Positions 9,329 to 18,385 of a stretch of 63,805 nucleotides of DNA are shown here, piece after piece; the first letter of the stretch is position 1; each line of letters opens with the position of its first letter. The translations under genes and the position numbers were made by a program. The notes beneath the pieces are model-generated. The model was not told the origin of the DNA. It did no database searches and was given only the letters and a program-made list of their open reading frames with translations. This stretch comes from Thermoanaerobaculia bacterium (GTDB taxonomy: Bacteria; Acidobacteriota; Thermoanaerobaculia; Gp7-AA8), in the NCBI GenBank assembly GCA_036506455.1, contig DASXRT010000062.1:1-63805 (forward strand), given 5' to 3'.

Positions 9329-10071
9329 AGCGCCTGATCGTCACCGCGGACGATGTCGGTCTTCATCGCGGAATGACCGAAGGCGCGATTCGCGCGCATC
9401 GTGAAGGAATCGTCACGGCGTGCAGCGTCGTGGCGAACGGGCGTGCCTTCGGCCACGCTGTGGCACGGCTGCGCGACGTGCCCTCGCTCGAAGTCGGCGT
9501 GCACCTGACCCTGGTGGAAGAGCGGGCGCTCACGACCGGCGATCTGATGCCCAAGAACTATGTCCGATTCATCTTCGCGCGGCACGATGACGTTCATACA
9601 GAGCTGCGTGCGCAGATCGAAACGGTGCTCGAAACCGGACTCCGCGTGACGCATCTCAACAGCCATCAGCATCTGCACATCCTTCCGCGCCTGTTTCAGC
9701 TCGTACAGCATCTCTCGGTTGAATACCGCATCCCTTATGTGCGTACGGTCGTCGATCACGGTGGACACGCGGGACCGATCCGGCGCGCATCAATCGCTGC
9801 TCTCGATTTCTTTGGACGTCGGGCCTCCGGGTCGAATGACCGGACGATCGGCGTACTCGAAGCGGGACATCTGAAAACGATCGAACCGCTGCTCGATCAC
9901 GTCGAAGGCGTCACTGAGCTCGTCGCCCACCCGGGTATCGGCGTCGATGAGTACGCGCACTGGCATTACGAATGGGATGCCGAGACGCGCGCGCTGTGTG
10001 ATCCCGCCTTGAAGGAAGCGATCGCGCGGCGCGGGATTGAGCTCACGACGCCCTCCGCCGTTCGAGCATGA
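9325..10071 (+). CDS. ChbG/HpnK (YdjC) family carbohydrate deacetylase
   Basis: MKRLIVTADDVGL...GVHLTLVEE...HLNSHQHLH is the typical YdjC signature. GTGA overlap with the GT2 stop. Confidence 0.8.
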   Translation: MKRLIVTADDVGLHRGMTEGAIRAHREGIVTACSVVANGRAFGHAVARLRDVPSLEVGVHLTLVEERALTTGDLMPKNYVRFIFARHDDVHTELRAQIETVLETGLRVTHLNSHQHLHILPRLFQLVQHLSVEYRIPYVRTVVDHGGHAGPIRRASIAALDFFGRRASGSNDRTIGVLEAGHLKTIEPLLDHVEGVTELVAHPGIGVDEYAHWHYEWDAETRALCDPALKEAIARRGIELTTPSAVRA

Positions 10072-11197
10072 CGATCGTTTGATCGTCTTCGACCTGTTCG
10101 GAGGTCATCGCATGCACGCGTTCGAGGATCGCATCCACGCCGCGAGCGTCTCGCACGATCTGCGCGAGGCGGTCATAGCCGAGCTGCTCTCCATCCGGCG
10201 TCGTCGCTTCCGGCAAACCGTCCGAGAAGAGCAGCAGCGCATCGCCTTGGCGCAGTGAGAACGTCACCTTTTCATAGGGAATCGACCGCTTCAGTCCAAG
10301 CGGCAGACGCGGACCACCCACGACGATCGTCTCGACCTCGCCGTTCTGTCGAACGACATACGGGTCGGGCACTCCTGCATTCGCGAACGACACGGAGCCG
10401 GTTCGCGGGTCGTAACGCGCGAGTGCCAGCGCGATGAATTCGCGCTTCGGCAGCTCGCCGTTGAATTTCTCATTGAGCGCACACATCGCTTCGTCGACGG
10501 GGCGCGACGCGGCGAGCAGCGGCAGCACCGCCTTCACCGAAGCCATGGTCAGACTGGCAGCGACGCCTTTTCCGGCGACATCAGCGATGGCGACGCCCAC
10601 GGCACCGTCGGCGTACTGAAAAACGTCGTAGAAATCGCCGGCGACGTATCGCGCCGCGAGATTGCGGCTCGTGATGCGATAACTGTCGGCGGCGATCTCC
10701 GGCGCGGGCAGAAGCCGGGCCTGGAATTCGCGCGCGAGCTCGAGCTCCTTCTCGGCGACGATGGTCGTGCGCAGGCGATCTTTCATCGACTCATAACCAT
10801 GGGCGACGAGACCGATGAATGTGCCGACGCCTCCGGTGAACAGTACGGTGATCCAGACCGTGCGCGGCAACCGCAAGGATGAAATGGGTTGTCCCCAGAT
10901 CAGCCAGACGCCGAGAGCGAAGCCGATCGGGAAACCGAGCTGGCCGCCGACGAAGTAGACGAGCGCGCGCCGCCACCATTGACCGGGCGCGGCCTGGACC
11001 CAGCGATGAACGAGCGATTCGCAGAAGATGGCGCCTGAGAAGCACGTCAAGCCGATCAAACCGCCGTGCAGGAGGACCCGCACATTCCAGTGAAGACCGG
11101 AGCTCATCGCCGCGATGAGCGCGCCGCCGACGATCGCGATCGGCGAATACCACGCCACGTCTCGCCAGCGGGTGCGCTCCTTGGGCGGCATGATCAC
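10043..11197 (-). CDS. membrane-anchored PP2C/SpoIIE-family serine phosphatase
   Basis: N-terminal TM helices followed by a PP2C-SpoIIE block (VAGDFYDVF, VAIADVAGKG, LLLFSDGL). Confidence 0.8.
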   Translation of the reverse strand: MIMPPKERTRWRDVAWYSPIAIVGGALIAAMSSGLHWNVRVLLHGGLIGLTCFSGAIFCESLVHRWVQAAPGQWWRRALVYFVGGQLGFPIGFALGVWLIWGQPISSLRLPRTVWITVLFTGGVGTFIGLVAHGYESMKDRLRTTIVAEKELELAREFQARLLPAPEIAADSYRITSRNLAARYVAGDFYDVFQYADGAVGVAIADVAGKGVAASLTMASVKAVLPLLAASRPVDEAMCALNEKFNGELPKREFIALALARYDPRTGSVSFANAGVPDPYVVRQNGEVETIVVGGPRLPLGLKRSIPYEKVTFSLRQGDALLLFSDGLPEATTPDGEQLGYDRLAQIVRDARGVDAILERVHAMTSEQVEDDQTIVMLERRRAS

Positions 11198-11217
11198 ATT
11201 GTAGAATCCGCGCCGCT

Positions 11218-12273
11218 TTGAACAGGAAGATCGCGGTCATCCCGGGCGATGGCATCGGGCCCGAAGTCATCGCCGCCGGACGCAAAATCCTCGAGTCCAT
11301 CAACGATGGCTGTCGACTCGGACTGGAGTTCGTCCCCTTCGGATGGAACGCCGACGAATATCTGCGCACCGGTGTCTCGATGCCGCCGGGCGCGATCGAT
11401 GACATCCGCAACAACTATGCGGCCATCTACCTTGGCGCGTTCGGCGATCCGCGCATCTCCGATATGAAGCACGCTGCCGACATCCTGCTGGGCATGCGCT
11501 TCCAGCTCGATCTCTACGTCAACTACCGTCCCGTGAAGCTTCTCAACGAAAAGCTCTCGCCGCTGAAAGAGAAGGGGACAAAGGAGATCGACTTCGTCAT
11601 CTTCCGCGAGAACACGGAAGGCGCGTACGTCGGCATGGGCGGCAACTTCAAGAAGGGGACTTCCGAAGAGATCGCCGTGCAGGAAGACGTTTCGACGCGC
11701 AAAGGGGTGGAGCGCATCATCCGCTATGCCTTCGACTTCGCGAAACGCACCGGACGGAAGTCCGTGTGCATGTCCGACAAGAACAACGTGATGCGATTCG
11801 GCGGCGACCTGTGGCTACGGACATTCGAGGAAGTGGCCAAGGATTATCCGGCGATCGATCACTTCCACATGTTCGTCGATGCGCTGACGATGCAGATGGT
11901 GCGCGCGCCGGAGATGTTCAGCGTCATCGTCACCAACAACATGTTCGGCGACATCGTCACGGACCTCGGCGCGGCGTTGCAGGGCGGTCTGGGGATGGCG
12001 GCGTCGGGCAACATTCATCCGGGCCGCGTGTCGTTATTCGAGCCGATTCACGGCAGCGCGCCGAAATACGCGGGAAAAGATGTATCGAATCCGATCGGCG
12101 CGATCCTCACGGCGGCAATGATGCTCGAGTATCTCGGTTTCGCGAATGAGGGCAATGCGATCGAACGCGCCGTCATCAGTGCAATTGATGCCGGCGAGAC
12201 GACGCGCGACATCGGCGGATCGCTCGGAACCAGGGCCGCGGGTGAAGCAGTTCTGCGCCGCCTCGAGCTCTGA
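11218..12273 (+). CDS. leuB: 3-isopropylmalate dehydrogenase family (isocitrate/isopropylmalate/tartrate dehydrogenase superfamily)
   Basis: KIAVIPGDGIGPEV, FRENTEGAYVG, NMFGDIVTDLGAALQGGLGMAASGN. Substrate assignment within the family is tentative. Confidence 0.75.
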   Translation: MNRKIAVIPGDGIGPEVIAAGRKILESINDGCRLGLEFVPFGWNADEYLRTGVSMPPGAIDDIRNNYAAIYLGAFGDPRISDMKHAADILLGMRFQLDLYVNYRPVKLLNEKLSPLKEKGTKEIDFVIFRENTEGAYVGMGGNFKKGTSEEIAVQEDVSTRKGVERIIRYAFDFAKRTGRKSVCMSDKNNVMRFGGDLWLRTFEEVAKDYPAIDHFHMFVDALTMQMVRAPEMFSVIVTNNMFGDIVTDLGAALQGGLGMAASGNIHPGRVSLFEPIHGSAPKYAGKDVSNPIGAILTAAMMLEYLGFANEGNAIERAVISAIDAGETTRDIGGSLGTRAAGEAVLRRLEL

Positions 12274-12294
12274 CTTAGAATCCGGTTTCAACTC

Positions 12295-12645
12295 ATGGAC
12301 ATCGGAGCGGAGTGGCTCGTCGAGGCTGGCGGATGCCGTCGCGATGCTTTGGCCGACGTCGAAGTGTTACGCGCGCTCTTCGCGCGCATCATCGATGAAT
12401 TGGAGCTGCATCCACTGCACGATCCGGCCTGGCACGTCTTTCCGGCCCCCGGCGGAATCACCGGCTTCGTGATGCTGACCGAATCGCATCTCGCCTGTCA
12501 CACGTATCCCGAGCACGGCGTCGTCGCGTTCAATCTGTACTGCTGTCGGGAGCGCGACGCATGGCCGTGGGAAATACGGTTGCGCGAAATTCTCGGCGCG
12601 CGCGAAGTGCACGTGCGGACCGTGGCGCGATCGGTGACGAAGTGA
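12295..12645 (+). CDS. speD: S-adenosylmethionine decarboxylase proenzyme (small class 1 type)
   Basis: Self-processing motif LTESHLACHTYPE. Length is 116 aa. Confidence 0.85.
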   Translation: MDIGAEWLVEAGGCRRDALADVEVLRALFARIIDELELHPLHDPAWHVFPAPGGITGFVMLTESHLACHTYPEHGVVAFNLYCCRERDAWPWEIRLREILGAREVHVRTVARSVTK

Positions 12646-14579
12646 AGGTCGCGAATTGTCCGGGATGCGGTGCGCAGATCGAATTCAAGATCGGTTCATC
12701 GCTGGTCCTGATCTGTCCCTATTGCCGCGCCGCGGTTGCCCGCACCGACCGCGATGTCGAGAGTCTCGGCAAAGTGTCGGCGCTCATCGACACCGGCTCC
12801 GTTCTTTCCGTCGGACTGGCCGGTCGGTACGCGGGCACCGGTTACCGTCTCGTCGGTCGCGCCCAGCTTCGCCACGACTCCGGTTCGGTGTGGGACGAGT
12901 GGTACGCAGCGTTTGACGATGGACGGTGGGGTTGGGTCGAGGATGCCGACGGCTATTACTTCGTGACGTTCGAGACGGCGGCGAGCGAAGTTCCGAATGT
13001 GCAGCGCCTGGCCGTTGGCGATCGCATCGACGACATGAGCGTCTTCGAAGCCGGCCGCGCAGAAGTCGTGTCGGCTGAAGGCGAGATGCCCTGGCGCGCC
13101 GTACCGGGAACGACGTATCGATACGTCGATCTCTCCGGACCGGACAAACGATTCGCGACGGTCGAGGCGCGCGGTGCAGCGACACTCGTTTTCAAGGGCC
13201 GTGAAGTCTCGCTCGCCGATCTGGGAGTTCCGATCGATGCGACTCCGCACGCGACGCGCGTGGGCGTGCAGAAAATCTCATGCACAAAGTGCGGTGCGCC
13301 GCTGAATCTGCTCGCGCCGGGGAAGACGGAGCGGATCGTTTGCCCGAGTTGCCGTGCCTTGCACGCCGTGAGACCGGGAAGCATCCTCGAGTTCCTCACC
13401 GCGCAGAAGCAGAAGATCGAGCCGCTGATTCCCATCGGCAGAGAGGGAACGATCGACGGCGTGAAGTACGTCGTGGCCGGGTTCACGACGCGCACCGAGC
13501 GAAGCGGAGTTGATCCGTTCTCCTGGGACGAATACCTTCTCTTCAATCGTTCCACAGGCTTTCGCTACCTGACGCACGACGAATTGCACTGGAGCATCGA
13601 GCAACCGATTCTGCCGGGCGGCATCGTCGACACCGAGCCGATGGGGTCACCGCCGTCGCTCGAGTACGACGGAAGACATTTCAAGTTGTTCGAGCGATCG
13701 GCGCCCGAAGTCACATTCGTGCTGGGCGAGTTCCCATGGAAAGTCTCGCTCGGCGAAACGGTGAAGACTTCCGATTACATCGCCCCGCCGGAAGGCATGT
13801 CGAAAGAGCTCTTCTCGACGAAACAGGGCGATGAGATCAATTACTCGATCGCCCGATACTTTCCTGTCGAGGACGTTGAAGAGGCATTCGGTGTCGGCGG
13901 TCTTCCACGACCGGCCGGCGTGGGATCGATGGAGCCGAACCCGTCTCCGTCGCTTTCCCGCGAGTGGGCGTTGGCCATGACCGCCCTGCTCATCATCGCG
14001 CTCATCGTCGCGATCACGCTTCCGCGACGCCTCGCCTACAAAGACTCGATCGACCTCGGCACCGTCGCCATCAGCGACGTCCCGGGCATCAAGAAATTTT
14101 CGACACGATCATTTCCGCTCAGTGGCCATCGCAATCTCCTCATTCGCGGATATTCGAACGTCGCCAATGGCGATCACGTCGAGCTGGCCGGGGAGTTTGA
14201 TCACGCCGAGAGCGACGTCTCGGAGATGTTCGATCTGTGGATGGAATACTCGTCAGGATCGGACGACGAAGGACCGTGGACCGAGGATGAGCGGACGGAG
14301 GTGGTGTCGCTGCCGGCGTTGCCGGAGGGACATTACACGATTCACTTTGACGCGAAGTACAACGGCGCCACGCCGCCGATCGTCGATCTCGAAATTCACG
14401 AAGGCATCTTTCGCTGGTCGCATCTGATCCTCGCCGTGTTCGGGATCTCGATCATTCCGCTGATCACGGGGCTGCGGCGTCACGGTTTCGAAGTCCGGCG
14501 CTGGAGCGACAGCGATTACAGCCCGTATGCGAAGGCTGGGGGCGACGATGATGACGACGATGACGATGATGATGATTAG
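12642..14579 (+). CDS. DUF4178-type protein with two zinc ribbons, two TM segments and a poly-Asp tail
   Basis: GTG 12642 overlaps the speD stop (GTGA). Zinc ribbons CPGCG..CPYC and CTKCG..CPSC each precede a DUF4178-like block (WDEWYAAFDDGRWGWV; FSWDEYLLFNRSTGFRYL). Hydrophobic segments are LAMTALLIIALIVAITL and ILAVFGISIIPLITGL. The protein ends GGDDDDDDDDDDD. Confidence 0.75.
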   Translation: MKVANCPGCGAQIEFKIGSSLVLICPYCRAAVARTDRDVESLGKVSALIDTGSVLSVGLAGRYAGTGYRLVGRAQLRHDSGSVWDEWYAAFDDGRWGWVEDADGYYFVTFETAASEVPNVQRLAVGDRIDDMSVFEAGRAEVVSAEGEMPWRAVPGTTYRYVDLSGPDKRFATVEARGAATLVFKGREVSLADLGVPIDATPHATRVGVQKISCTKCGAPLNLLAPGKTERIVCPSCRALHAVRPGSILEFLTAQKQKIEPLIPIGREGTIDGVKYVVAGFTTRTERSGVDPFSWDEYLLFNRSTGFRYLTHDELHWSIEQPILPGGIVDTEPMGSPPSLEYDGRHFKLFERSAPEVTFVLGEFPWKVSLGETVKTSDYIAPPEGMSKELFSTKQGDEINYSIARYFPVEDVEEAFGVGGLPRPAGVGSMEPNPSPSLSREWALAMTALLIIALIVAITLPRRLAYKDSIDLGTVAISDVPGIKKFSTRSFPLSGHRNLLIRGYSNVANGDHVELAGEFDHAESDVSEMFDLWMEYSSGSDDEGPWTEDERTEVVSLPALPEGHYTIHFDAKYNGATPPIVDLEIHEGIFRWSHLILAVFGISIIPLITGLRRHGFEVRRWSDSDYSPYAKAGGDDDDDDDDDDD

Positions 14580-14588
14580 GGATTCGCC

Positions 14589-14741
14589 ATGATGAAAAAA
14601 ATCTACACAGCATTGGCTTTTCTGTTATTGGCCACATACGCGTGGGCCGAATTCCGCGGTCTCGACTTTCCGTCCGGCGAGCGTGAGACCGGCGGCGGAG
14701 TTCGCGGCACGCGGCGGTCCGGATTTCATGGAGGCAAGTGA
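14589..14741 (+). CDS. candidate 50-codon membrane/secreted micro-protein (not in ORF track)
   Basis: ATG 14589. Translation is [50 protein letters not shown]. Its TGA (14739-14741) overlaps the GTG/ATG start of the DUF350 gene, and it fills the otherwise empty gap in a tightly coupled operon. Confidence 0.4.
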   Translation: MMKKIYTALAFLLLATYAWAEFRGLDFPSGERETGGGVRGTRRSGFHGGK

Positions 14742-14959
14742 TGGAACTCGCTCCTTATCTCAGAACGTTTCTCAGCACCATCGTGTACACGGTTTTCGGC
14801 CTCGTCGCATTCGGGTTGGCTTTCTGGGTGATCGTGAAGATCTCCCCGTTCTCGATTCGCAAGGAGCTGGAGACGGATCAGAACACGGCCATGGGCATCG
14901 TGATCGGATCGGTGCTTCTCGGACTCGCGCTCATCATCGGCGCGGCGATTCACGGATGA
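14738..14959 (+). CDS. DUF350 (YjfL-like) small membrane protein
   Basis: 73 aa with two hydrophobic helices around [14 protein letters not shown], the typical DUF350 layout. Confidence 0.8.
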   Translation: MMELAPYLRTFLSTIVYTVFGLVAFGLAFWVIVKISPFSIRKELETDQNTAMGIVIGSVLLGLALIIGAAIHG

Positions 14960-14960
14960 C

Positions 14961-16463
14961 ATGAAGCGCACGCCGGTGCTCTTTCTGAATGTCCTGGTGA
15001 TCGCGGCGTGTGGCCTCATCTACGAACTGCTCGCCGGCACAGTGGCGAGCTATGTGCTCGGCGATTCCGTCACGCAGTTCTCGCTGATCATCGGCCTGTA
15101 TCTCTTCGCGCTCGGGGCCGGAGCCTGGCTGTCCCGATTCATCGAATCGGATCTCGCCGCGCGCTTCGTCGACGTGGAGCTGGCCGTCGCGCTCGTCGGT
15201 GGATTTTCCGCGCCGCTTCTCTTTCTCGGATTCGCGCGACTGGAATGGTTCTCGCTGTTTCTCTATCTCCTGGTCTTTGTCATCGGTGTCCTCGTCGGTC
15301 TCGAGCTCCCGATCCTGATGCGGATTCTGAACGAACACTTCGAATTCAAAGAGCTCGTGTCGCGCGTGCTCAGCTTCGATTACGTGGGGTCTCTCTTTGC
15401 CGCGATTCTCTTTCCTCTCTTTCTCGTCCCGCGCCTCGGTCTCGTGCGGACATCGATCGCCTTCGGGTTGTTGAATGCCGGCGTCGGCGTCTACGGCACC
15501 TATCTGCTTCGCCCTCTGATTCGCGGAGGAGTCATCGGCTTGCGCGTGCGCGCGCTGATCGTGCTGATCGCACTCGGTGGAGGGTGGGCGGGTGCGCGGA
15601 CACTCACTTCACTTTCCGAAGACGAGCTGTATGCGGATCGAATCATTTACTCCGTCACCACGCGCTATCAGCGGATCGTGATGACGCGGACGATGGGCGG
15701 CTTCGACCTCTTCCTCGACGGCAACCTGCAGTTCAGTTCCGAGGACGAGTATCGATATCACGAGACGCTGGTGCATCCGGCGATGGCCTCCGTCCCCACT
15801 GCTCGCAACGTGCTGATCCTCGGTGGTGGCGACGGTCTGGCTCTTCGCGAGGTGTTGAAATACCGGAGTGTGGAGAACGTGACGCTCGTGGATCTCGATT
15901 CGGAGATGACTCGTCTGGCGAGATCATTCGATCGGCTCGTGGCCCTGAATGCGCGATCGATGTTCGATCGGCGCGTTCACATCGTCAACGACGATGCCAT
16001 GGTCTGGCTGTCCCGGAATCGCGAGACGTTCGACGTCGCCATCGTCGACTTTCCCGATCCGAACAACTACGCCCTCGGCAAGCTGTACACGACTCATTTC
16101 TACAGACTCCTGCGTGCTCGTGTCGCTCCGGAGGGTGCGATCACCGTGCAGTGCACCTCACCTCTGCACGCGCGCCGATCGTACTGGTGCATCGTGCGCA
16201 CGATCGAAGCTTCCGGATTTCACGTGCAGCCATATCAGACGACTGTGCCGTCGTTCGGCGTGTGGGGATTCGTGCTGGCCAGGAAGCATTCGTTCGATCC
16301 GCCAGTCAGCGTTTCGACACCCGTGCGCTACCTCGATGAGGCGACGCTCGCTTCGCTGTTCATCTTCCCGCCGGACATGGCGCCGCTCATCGTCGAGATC
16401 AACCGGCTCGACAATCAGATCCTCGTTCGCTACTACGACGCCGAATGGCGCCGCTGGTCGTAG
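14961..16463 (+). CDS. speE: polyamine aminopropyltransferase (spermidine synthase-like) with N-terminal polytopic membrane domain
   Basis: About 200 aa of TM helices, then a SpeE core: [42 protein letters not shown]. Confidence 0.85.
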   Translation: MKRTPVLFLNVLVIAACGLIYELLAGTVASYVLGDSVTQFSLIIGLYLFALGAGAWLSRFIESDLAARFVDVELAVALVGGFSAPLLFLGFARLEWFSLFLYLLVFVIGVLVGLELPILMRILNEHFEFKELVSRVLSFDYVGSLFAAILFPLFLVPRLGLVRTSIAFGLLNAGVGVYGTYLLRPLIRGGVIGLRVRALIVLIALGGGWAGARTLTSLSEDELYADRIIYSVTTRYQRIVMTRTMGGFDLFLDGNLQFSSEDEYRYHETLVHPAMASVPTARNVLILGGGDGLALREVLKYRSVENVTLVDLDSEMTRLARSFDRLVALNARSMFDRRVHIVNDDAMVWLSRNRETFDVAIVDFPDPNNYALGKLYTTHFYRLLRARVAPEGAITVQCTSPLHARRSYWCIVRTIEASGFHVQPYQTTVPSFGVWGFVLARKHSFDPPVSVSTPVRYLDEATLASLFIFPPDMAPLIVEINRLDNQILVRYYDAEWRRWS

Positions 16464-16472
16464 AATCGAATC

Positions 16473-17267
16473 ATGTTGACCATCATTCTGGCGACCGTCA
16501 TCGGTACCACGTGGTTCGAGCATTACGAACTCGGTGTGCGCCTCGTCGAGCAGGGACAGGCGGCGGCCGCGATTCCGCATCTCGAAGCGGCACTCGCCGC
16601 GCGACAGAGGGAAGGGTTGCAGATCGCGACGCGGCCGCAGCAGTACATCGACTACGTTCCGCATCTTTATCTGGCGATTGCCAGACAAATGACCGGAGAC
16701 GTGGAGAAGGCTCGCCAGGAGCTCGCGCTTGCGGAAACATCGGGTGTTGCCGCGAAGAGCGAAGTCGGGCGTCCGCTTCTCGTGGCCTATCAGCTTCTCC
16801 TGCGCGGCGACACGAATGTTCGTTACAGCAAACCGCGCTACGCCGTGTACACGAAGAAGGCGCCGGTTTTGAGCGAGCAGGAATTCAACATGCTGCGGCG
16901 CGACGTGCTCGAGAAATGCGATGTTCCGCTCGACACGAAACAATCCGAGGCACCGTGGTATGCGAATTACGAGATCGGGCTGGAGCTGGAGCGCAAAGGC
17001 GATTATCCCCGCGCGCTCACGCATTTCATCGACGCCGTCTCCCATCGTCCGAATCCGCAGAAACAGGCGCGGACCTACGGGATGTGGTTGATCGATTACT
17101 ACCCCTACTTCCACATCGCGCGCGCGCACGTCCGGCTGCAGAACTGGGAGTGCGCACGCAACGCGCTCGACATCTCGCAGCGGCTCTCCGAGATTCGGCC
17201 AGGCTCGCCGGAGATGGACGAATACTTATCGCTGCAACGGGAAGCGGAGCGGAAACTGACGAAATAG
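16473..17267 (+). CDS. hypothetical protein, TPR-like helical repeats
   Basis: N-terminal TM followed by helical repeat-like segments (AIPHLEAAL, YPRALTHFIDAV). No catalytic motif. Confidence 0.55.
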   Translation: MLTIILATVIGTTWFEHYELGVRLVEQGQAAAAIPHLEAALAARQREGLQIATRPQQYIDYVPHLYLAIARQMTGDVEKARQELALAETSGVAAKSEVGRPLLVAYQLLLRGDTNVRYSKPRYAVYTKKAPVLSEQEFNMLRRDVLEKCDVPLDTKQSEAPWYANYEIGLELERKGDYPRALTHFIDAVSHRPNPQKQARTYGMWLIDYYPYFHIARAHVRLQNWECARNALDISQRLSEIRPGSPEMDEYLSLQREAERKLTK

Positions 17268-17286
17268 CGCGGCGAAGCCGCCGCAC
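17267..17286. terminator. GC hairpin between convergent genes (GCGCGGCG-AA-GCCGCCGC)
   Basis: Inverted repeat between stop 17267 (+) and stop 17294 (-). Related to the hairpin at 253-272. Confidence 0.5.
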
Positions 17287-17293
17287 TCCAAGG

Positions 17294-18385
17294 CTATTGC
17301 GACTTGAGCCAGTACCACGTGATCACGACCGCGACCGCCGCCAGCACCGCCAGCGTGACCTTGATGACCGAGTATGGTGCTGTGCCTGATGCTTTGCCCG
17401 TGACACCGTTCACGATGTAGCGGTACGGTTTCCCTGCGTACTCGTACGCGGCGATCCACACCGGCAGCAGCGCGTTCTTGTACGCGAGCGCAGAGAACGT
17501 CGTGCTGACGTCGAGGTTCATGTACGTATCGCCGGGAATCTGCCGGATGCACTCGTTGCGAATCTCGCCGCGCATCCTCTCCTTCGCGCTCTCGAGAGCC
17601 TCCGGAAGATCGATGGCGTTCTCTTCCGCGAGAAATCCCGAGAGAAACGACGGCTCGTACGGCGTGAGGTTCGCGGTGGGAAAAGGCTCGATCGCCTTTG
17701 CGAGATTCGGCGGAATTCCGTTCGACGCCGGCACCGGAACGTCATCGAAGAGCTTCGAGAGATTTCCCGATGCCGGTTCCCACCGCGTCCGCTGCACCTG
17801 TTCTTCCACGGTGCGTCCGTTGTCGACCCGCGTGACCGTCTCGTAATAGTAGTAGCCGGCGAGAGCGGTCCACATGGAGTACGTCGCGGCGTCGAACGTC
17901 CAGAACGGGATGTACACACCCTGCATCGACGTCAGTCGCGACTCCGATTGGAAATTGTTCGGACGAAACCAGAGTGACTTGAGCCATCCGCGGAACTTCT
18001 GAATCGCCGAGTTTCGTCCGACTTTGAACGGCAGCAGACCTTCCGGTCGCACGACATTGGCATTCGGCGGCGCATCGACCACCGCGGCGGTTCCGCAAAA
18101 CGCACACGAGCTGGCAGCGATGTGCGGATCGAGCGTCGTGTGCGCGCCGCATCGCTTGCAGATCATCACCTTTCGATCGGCGCCCCATCCGAGGTCGCGT
18201 GGGCTACGCAGAGCGGCGTCGACACTCTTTTCTTGAACCACGCCGGATTGCCGCGCGATCGTTTTCGAATGTCCGCAGAACGGACATGTCATCGCATCCG
18301 CGTCTGGATCCCAGCGGATGTCTGCGCCGCACGACTGGCAAGGGAACTTGCGGACCTTTGCGGAGATCGGTGACGCAGCGCTCAT
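17294..18385 (-). CDS. double zinc-ribbon protein with C-terminal TM anchor (YdjG-like partner of the SPFH protein)
   Basis: I chose ATG 18385, which overlaps the upstream stop (ATGA). Zinc ribbons are CQSCGADIRWDPDADAMTCPFCG and CKRCGAHTTLDPHIAASSCAFCG. C-terminal helix VIKVTLAVLAAVAVVITWYWL. Confidence 0.65.
   Translation of the reverse strand: MSAASPISAKVRKFPCQSCGADIRWDPDADAMTCPFCGHSKTIARQSGVVQEKSVDAALRSPRDLGWGADRKVMICKRCGAHTTLDPHIAASSCAFCGTAAVVDAPPNANVVRPEGLLPFKVGRNSAIQKFRGWLKSLWFRPNNFQSESRLTSMQGVYIPFWTFDAATYSMWTALAGYYYYETVTRVDNGRTVEEQVQRTRWEPASGNLSKLFDDVPVPASNGIPPNLAKAIEPFPTANLTPYEPSFLSGFLAEENAIDLPEALESAKERMRGEIRNECIRQIPGDTYMNLDVSTTFSALAYKNALLPVWIAAYEYAGKPYRYIVNGVTGKASGTAPYSVIKVTLAVLAAVAVVITWYWLKSQ

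Noticed and set aside
11202-11207. TAGAAT -10-like hexamer just upstream of the leuB-like TTG start (possible leaderless transcript)
   Set aside because: It lies only 11 nt from a TTG start, has no -35, and sits inside the 5' end of the divergent PP2C gene region. The evidence is too weak to call.
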